Source: Scenedesmus sp. PABB004 (Eukaryota). Taken from it: 64,000 bases of DNA. This document shows positions 58,477 to 64,000 of this stretch, one piece after another. The number at the start of each line of letters is the position of its first letter. The stretch's first letter is position 1. The position numbers were made by a program, and so were the translations under genes. The notes under the pieces are model-generated. The model was not told the origin of the DNA. It ran no database searches and saw only the letters and a list, made by a program, of their open reading frames with translations. The stretch is from assembly GCA_014905635.1 (NCBI GenBank), contig JABVCE010000018.1, positions 186,001-250,000 of the forward strand, in the 5' to 3' direction.

Positions 58477-60951
58477 ATGGCAGCGCGCAGCGGCAGCGGC
58501 CCCGACGGCAGCGACGCCGCTGCTGCGGCCGCCGGCGGCGAGCGCGTGCTGCTCCACGCGTCGGTGCCCTTCTTGGCGAAGCGCCTGGCGATCTGGCAGC
58601 GCCGCTCCGACCTGTGGCCGCGCCTGGAGCAGGTGCGGCGCGCGCCGGCGGCGGACCGCGCGCAGCACGCTCGCCCGTGTCGACGCGCCGCGCACGCCCG
58701 CTGGCGCGCGCGCGCAGCTCGCGCCGCGCGCCGCGGTGCAGCCCGGCGACGTGGTGGTCGCGTCGCCGGGCGGCTCGGCCGTGGACGAGCTGCGGCGGCT
58801 CCGGGCGGCCGGCGCCGCGGTCGTGGGCGTCGCCTGGCTAGAGTCGTGCCTGGCCGCCGGCGAGCGGGCGCCGCACGCGCCGCACGCGCTCAGCCTTGAC
58901 GCGGCGGCGGCGCCGCAGGCGCGCCCCGCGGCCAAGCGGCCCCTGGACGACGCCAGCGCGGGGACCCCAGCCGCGCCCGCCGGCAAGCGCGCGCAGCTGG
59001 CGCCGCAGCTCGCGGCGGAGCCCACGGACGCGGCGGCGGCCGCCGCGGCGTTGCAGCCGGCGGAGATCCCGGCCGCGGCGGCAGCCGCCGACGCAGCTGT
59101 CGCGGCGGCGCTCGAACGCGGCGCTCGAACGCATTACCGCGAGCCGGCTGTGGGTGCCAGGCATGCCGCCGGAGGAGCAGCGCGCGCTGGCGCTGGCGCA
59201 GGCGCAGGGCGAGGCGCCGCAGCCCGCGCCGCACTTCTACGCCCCGCGCGCGCTGGGCCGCCAGGCGGCGCCCTGCCCGGACGGCGGCCTGGACGTGGGC
59301 TGGATGCCGGCCGACGCGCTGCGCGTGGTCAGCTACAACGTCCTTGCAGGCGCGGGCCGCCGCTGGCCGGTGGGGGCGCCGGGGCCGGCGTGCGCGGCCG
59401 CGGGGCGCCGACGATGGCTCGGCTGGGGGTTGAGAGGTTGAGAGGTTGATGCCCTAAACCCCGCCGCAGACTGCTTCATTGGCAGCAAAGCCTACTGCCC
59501 GCAGCGCTGGCGTGCCTGGCCTGGGCGCTGGGCACGCCTGGCCGCCGAGCTGGAGGCACACCGGCCCCACATCCTCGCGCTGCAGGTGGGTCGGGCGACC
59601 GCGCCGGCCGCCCGGGCCGCCGCCGCCGCGCGCCTGCCGGCCCTCACCCACCGCCACCGCGCCGCCGCGCGCGTCAGGAGGTGGACGAGCCGCTGTGGGC
59701 GGCCGACGTCGCGCCGTGGCTCGCACGCGCGCCGCTGGAGATGACCGGCCGCTTCCGGGCGCGCGAGCGGGAGCCGTTGCCTGGCGGCGCGCCGGGTGCG
59801 CCGCCAGGCCAGCCACGCGACGGCGTGGCGCTTCTGTGGAGCGCGGCGCGCTTCGAGCTGCTGGCGGAGCGCTCGGTGCGCTTCGCCGACCACCTGCCGG
59901 CGGGGCCGCCCGCGCTGGCGGGCTTCTGGCGGGAGGTGGGGCGGCAGGAGGAGGGCGCCCTGCTGGCGCTGCTGCGCGACAAGCAGACCGGCAGGCCACT
60001 GCTGGCGGTCTGCACGCACCTGTGGTGGCAGCCAGCACATCCGCACGTGAAGTCGGGCCAGGCGCACGTGCTGTGCGAGGTCATCGCTGCGTTTGCGGCG
60101 GAGCACGCTGCCGCGGCCGGCGGCGGGGGCCCACAGCAGACGCAGCAGCAGCCTGCGCAGCAGAAGCCTGAGCAGCAGCAGCCTGAGCAGCAGGAGCCTG
60201 AGCAACAGCAGCCTGAGCAGCAGCAGCCTGAGCAGCAGCAGCCTGAGGAGCAGCAGCCTGAGCAGCCCGAGCAGCAGCAGCAGCACCCCGGGCCCCTGCC
60301 GCTCGTGATCTGCGGGGACTTCAACTCGCTCTGGCGCAAGTACGCTGCCGACAGCTTTGACCCGCACGTCCGACTGGGCCATCCGCAGGAGAGCGGCGTT
60401 TATGCCCTGCTGTCGCGCGGCGTGCTGCACGCGAGCCACGCGCACCACCCCGTGCGGCAGCCGAGCGGCGGCGCCGCCGCGGGCGGCCGGCGGGGCACCG
60501 GCGCGTTCCTGCGGCGCGCGCGCGCGGCGGCGACGCCGGCGCCAGTGCCGGCGCCGGCGGCGGCGGCGATGGCAGCGACGACGGCGGCAGCGGCGACGGC
60601 GGCGGCGCCGACGGCGGCGGCGGCGGCGGGGACGCCGCCGTCCTGCACACGAGCGGGCTGTGCCTGCGCAGCGCGCACATGGCCGCGTGCGGCCACGAGC
60701 CGCCGCTGACGAACAAGCACCCCGGGTTCTCGGGCTGCCTCGACTACATCTGGGTGGGCAGCCCGGGCAGCCCGGGCGCGCCGCCGTCGACCTCCGCGCC
60801 CCTGGACGTGCTGGGCGTGCTCGCCGTGCCGTACGAGACGGTCGGCCGCGCGGTGCCCCACAACCCCGCCGCCGTGGACTTTCCCTTCATTCCGAACGCC
60901 GCCTGGCCGTCCGACCACCTCGCGATCGGTGCGGCGCTGCGGCTGGCCTGA
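58477..60951 (+). CDS. BRCT-like domain fused to a CCR4/Angel/PDE12-type EEP nuclease; two apparent frameshifts
   Basis: BRCT-like VVGVAWLESCLAAG. EEP motifs VVSYNVLAD, ILALQEVD, DGVALLW, CTHLWWQP, VICGDFNS, FSGCLDYIW and PSDHLAI. Confidence 0.82.
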
Positions 60952-61224
60952 GCGCCGGGGCCGGCGGCGGAGTCGTTGGAGGTTGCAATTGCCACCGGGG
61001 CGCGCGCCCGCAGGCCGCGCGTGCAACGCAACGCCGCCCGCCCGCTGCCGCCCAAGTGTCAAGGGGATTGAGTTGAGTTTGAGCCCCAAACGGCCCGCGG
61101 CCGCCGCCCGGGTTTGGTGTGCGCGCCCGCCGCACGTGCGCGCGCGCGCGCGCCCCTCCGCCCCGCCCCCCGCTCCCGCGCGCCGCCGGCGGTTGCGCGC
61201 GCCCCCTCATGAGGGGCGATGTGA

Positions 61225-61782
61225 TCACATCGGCGGCGCGCGCGGCGCGGCCGCCTCCTCCTCGATGATCGCCGCGCGGCGGCGCATGACGCCCTCGACC
61301 GCGCGCGCGACCGCGTCGCGGCCGGTCACGATGAGGCGGTTGATGATCTCCGGGTCTGGCTCCCGCCGCGCGGCCTCAAACTCGGCGCGCGCGCTCGCGC
61401 GCAGCACGTCCCGCCAGCGCCGCCCGTGCTCGTCGCGCCACACGAAGAGCCGCGAGTAGCGCAGGACCTCGCGGTACAGCGACAGCGCCTCGCGCCGCGT
61501 CGTGAGCAGGCGTGGCGGCGCCGCAGCGCGCGCCTCGCGCGCCGCGCGCGCCTCCTCGCGGCTCGGCCGCCGGATCGCCGACTCGAGCAGCGCCGCGACG
61601 TCGTCCGCGTCGGCGCCGACCTTGCCGTCCACGTAGCGGCGGCGCTGCTGCCGCGGCTGCTGCTGCGCCGCCGGCTCGGGGCGCGGCTGCCACAGCTCGA
61701 GCGCAGCAGCAGGCCCGGCGCCGAGCGCCGCCGCCGCCGGGGCTGCCGCCGCCAGGCCTGCGCGGCGCCCCAGGCGCAGCAT
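61225..61782 (-). CDS. Mitochondrial LYR-motif (Complex1_LYR-like) protein
   Basis: Presequence MLRLGRRAGLAA. LYR region EALSLYREVLRYSR...ARAEFEAARREPDPEIINRLI. Intronless. Confidence 0.85.
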   Translation of the reverse strand: MLRLGRRAGLAAAAPAAAALGAGPAAALELWQPRPEPAAQQQPRQQRRRYVDGKVGADADDVAALLESAIRRPSREEARAAREARAAAPPRLLTTRREALSLYREVLRYSRLFVWRDEHGRRWRDVLRASARAEFEAARREPDPEIINRLIVTGRDAVARAVEGVMRRRAAIIEEEAAAPRAPPM

Positions 61783-62161
61783 GGCGGGCGCCCCGCGCCG
61801 CCGCCGCTCAGCGGCGCATGCGCCCGCCGGCCGCTGCCGCTGCTAGTGCCGCTGCCGCCGCCGCCGCTGACGCTGAAGCTGTCAGGGGGCTGACGAACGA
61901 CGTCAGCGGTGAGCGTGAGGGCCGTGGGAGCGGGGAGTGGGGCCCGAGCGGCCGCGCGCGACAGCCTGGAGACTTCAGGAGGCGCGCGCCTCAAAAACTC
62001 GCTCGGCCCGCGCCCCAGAGCCGCGCCCCGCACCGCCGCGCCCGCAGTCGCTCCTCCGTTGTACTCTCCACCCGCACGTACCGCGCGATTGCGCTGTGGA
62101 GCGGGCGCGCGCGCGCTCGACACCTCAGCAGCAGGCGTGACGCAGGCGCTCGCGCAGCGCC

Positions 62162-63199
62162 ATGCTGGCCGCCCGCCCGCTGGCCGCGCGCCTGGCGCGT
62201 AGCGTGGCCACGCTGGAGCGGCCTGCAGGGCGGGCGCCGTGCGCTCGCGGCAGCCCGGCGCCGCGCGCTAGGCGCAGCCTGGCGGCGTGCGCCCGCGGCA
62301 TCAGCCCGGCGCCGTGCGCTCGCGGCAGCCCGGCGCCGCGCGCTCGCCGCAGCCTGGCGGCGCGCGCGGGGCCGCCTGCTGGCAGCGAGCGCTCGTGGTC
62401 GGAGATCGCGGCGGAGGGCGCCGAGGTGGTCAAGGCCGCGCTGACCAAGATCAAGGACTCCATACTCAAGCCCGCGGCGCGGCCCCCGCAGGCGCCGCTG
62501 CGCCGCCGCGACGGTGCGCAGCTGTCGCTCGGCTCGCGCGGTCGCCGCCGCCGCCCGCGTCTGTCTGCTCACGCCCGCGCCCGGCGCCGCCGCGCGCAGA
62601 GCCGCCGCAGCAGCAGGGCCTCGCCGGGCTGCCGGGGGGCCTGCTCGGCGGCCTGGTCGGCGGCCTGGTCGGCAGCGCCGTCAAGGGCCTCGCACGGGAG
62701 CTGGAGCGCAGCGCGGCGGACGGCCGCAGCGTGGCCGACACGGCGGCGCGGCGCATCGGCGCCAGCGCGCGCCTGCAGCGCCGCCTGGGCGCGGTGCGGG
62801 CCGGCCCGCCGCTCAGCCAGGCGGTCAGCAGCAGCAGCATCAACGGCCGCGTGCAGAAGCGCGTGCAGCTCGTCCTGCCGGTCGTCAACGCCGCCGGCGC
62901 GATGGTCGCCCAGGCGCAGGTCACGGCGGTCGAGGGCGACGCGATGCAACACGAGTGCCGCATCGCGGTGCGTGCTGCCCCCCCCCCTGCTGCGCCTGGC
63001 GTGCACGTGGCGGTGCTCCCTGCGCCGAGCCGCCCCGCCCGGGCCCGCGCCGCCGCCGCGGCAGGTCCGCATGCCAGAGGGCGACACGCTGCTGCTGGAC
63101 GACGACGACGACGGCGGCGACGCCGCCGGCAGCGGCGCGCCGCGCGCGGGCAGGCAGGGCGAGGTGATCGTGGACGCGGAGTTCAAGGACCTCAGCTGA
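62162..63199 (+). CDS. Organelle-targeted hypothetical protein (TIM21/Coa1-like alpha-beta C-terminal region)
   Basis: Arg/Ala/Ser presequence and two introns. Contains GLLGGLVGGLVG, RLQRRLGAV...SSSSINGRVQKRVQLVLPV and terminal VDAEFKD. Confidence 0.55.
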   Translation: MLAARPLAARLARSVATLERPAGRAPCARGSPAPRARRSLAACARGISPAPCARGSPAPRARRSLAARAGPPAGSERSWSEIAAEGAEVVKAALTKIKDSILKPAARPPQAPLRRRDGAQLSLGSRGRRRRPRLSAHARARRRRAQSRRSSRASPGCRGACSAAWSAAWSAAPSRASHGSWSAARRTAAAWPTRRRGASAPARACSAAWARCGPARRSARRSAAAASTAACRSACSSSCRSSTPPARWSPRRRSRRSRATRCNTSAASRCVLPPPLLRLACTWRCSLRRAAPPGPAPPPRQVRMPEGDTLLLDDDDDGGDAAGSGAPRAGRQGEVIVDAEFKDLS

Positions 63200-63460
63200 C
63201 CAGCTACCTCAGCTAATCAGCTTTCGTGGACGCGGAGTTGAAGGACCGCAGCTGGGGTGCCTGTCAGCTAGCTGATGAGTTGCGGTTGTCAGCCAGCTGA
63301 CCAGCGGCGCACGGACGGCGCGTGAGCGAGTTTGGGGAGGGGGGCCGCGGGCTGGCCGGGCTGAGCCTGCGCTGAGGGGAGAGAACCCAGTTTTGGGGTG
63401 CACACGGTTGCGCCTGCGCGCGAGGGCGGCGAAGACGCGTTGGGGCCTTGGGTTGTCATG

Positions 63461-64000
63461 TCACCCGGCTGCTCCCCCGGCGCCGGCCGCCGGCCGCCGC
63501 GCGACGAGCCACCACGCGAGCGGCCGCCGCCCGAACGCGGCCTCGTAGTGCGGCGTCGGGTCGAAGCGCGTGGCCTGGAGCTGCACCAGCTCAAAGCCCG
63601 CGCCCAGCAGCGGCCCCAGCAGCTCATGCGCGGTCAGCGCGGCCGGCCCGCCCGCCGCCGGCTCGGCGGCGTTGCCGGCCAGCAGCAGCAGCAGCCCACC
63701 CGGGCGCAGCAGGCGGAACAGCAGCGCCGGCAGCGTGTCGCCTGCGCCGCGGGCGTGGTCGGCGCGCAGCGCGTGGTAGGTCTGGCAGTCGTACAGCGCG
63801 TCAAAGCCCCCGCCGCCGGGGAGCTCGTCGGCCAGGCGCTGCGCGTCAAACACGTCGTGGACCATGAACCGCGGGTTGTCGGGCGGCAGTCCTGCGCGCG
63901 CGGCGCCCGCCGCCGCGGCCGCGACCGCGCGCGGCACGATGTCGATGCCGGTGACGGCGAACCCCGCCGCCGCGAGCCACGCCGCGCTCGCGCCGCTGCC
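63461..64000 (-). CDS. Class I SAM-dependent methyltransferase (TPMT/TehB-like); 5' end beyond the window
   Basis: GSGASAAWLAAAGFAVTGIDIV, HDVF, FDALYDCQTYH and LLRPGG match motifs I to III. Confidence 0.88.
   Translation of the reverse strand, partial: GSGASAAWLAAAGFAVTGIDIVPRAVAAAAAGAARAGLPPDNPRFMVHDVFDAQRLADELPGGGGFDALYDCQTYHALRADHARGAGDTLPALLFRLLRPGGLLLLLAGNAAEPAAGGPAALTAHELLGPLLGAGFELVQLQATRFDPTPHYEAAFGRRPLAWWLVARRPAAGAGGAAG

Noticed and set aside
57107..58477. Second bicistronic pair (NTF2-like gene and BRCT-EEP gene)
   Set aside because: The gap of about 300 nt is similar to other ordinary tandem gaps in the window, so there is no positive evidence.
60165..60285. 15-bp repeats as a mobile element
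   Set aside because: They are an in-frame QQPEQ coding minisatellite in an EEP loop.
20945..60951. Functional RNA-decay cluster (CNOT1 plus CCR4-like EEP)
   Set aside because: About 30 kb apart with many unrelated genes between them, and the EEP protein lacks the LRR needed for CAF1 binding. Probably coincidence.

Overview
Eukaryotic nuclear DNA: extremely GC-rich (about 80% by eye), gene-dense and intron-rich. It most resembles a sphaeroplealean green alga (Monoraphidium/Raphidocelis-like); that assignment is inference from composition, intron style and plastid-targeted genes. Most long ORFs in the supplied track are shadow frames. Manual splicing supports about 23 genes: an OPR-like plastid protein (partial), a 117-aa ORF next to FRA10AC1, a MARVEL-like protein, SCAI, USP7/UBP12, CNOT1, a WD40 protein, a small Cys-rich GPI-like protein, ACR2/CDC25-like rhodanese, a SirB1-like protein, an FHA-like protein, a 4-TM protein, Tic22, a SANT protein resembling the C-terminal half of M18BP1/KNL2, a protein with tandem NURR-like repeats, an MFS transporter, LACS, an NTF2-like plastid protein, a BRCT-CCR4/EEP fusion, a LYR protein, a TIM21/Coa1-like protein and a SAM methyltransferase (partial). 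No rRNA, tRNA, CRISPR or transposase was recognised. Highlights: a likely bicistronic small-ORF/FRA10AC1 locus; very frequent GC-AG introns; a 30-bp tandem array in which each unit carries an in-phase GC splice donor; an M18BP1-like SANT protein without SANTA; a BRCT-deadenylase fusion; and recurring apparent frameshifts, mostly 2 nt at (CG)n runs and probably consensus errors. Exon boundaries were inferred by eye and are approximate.
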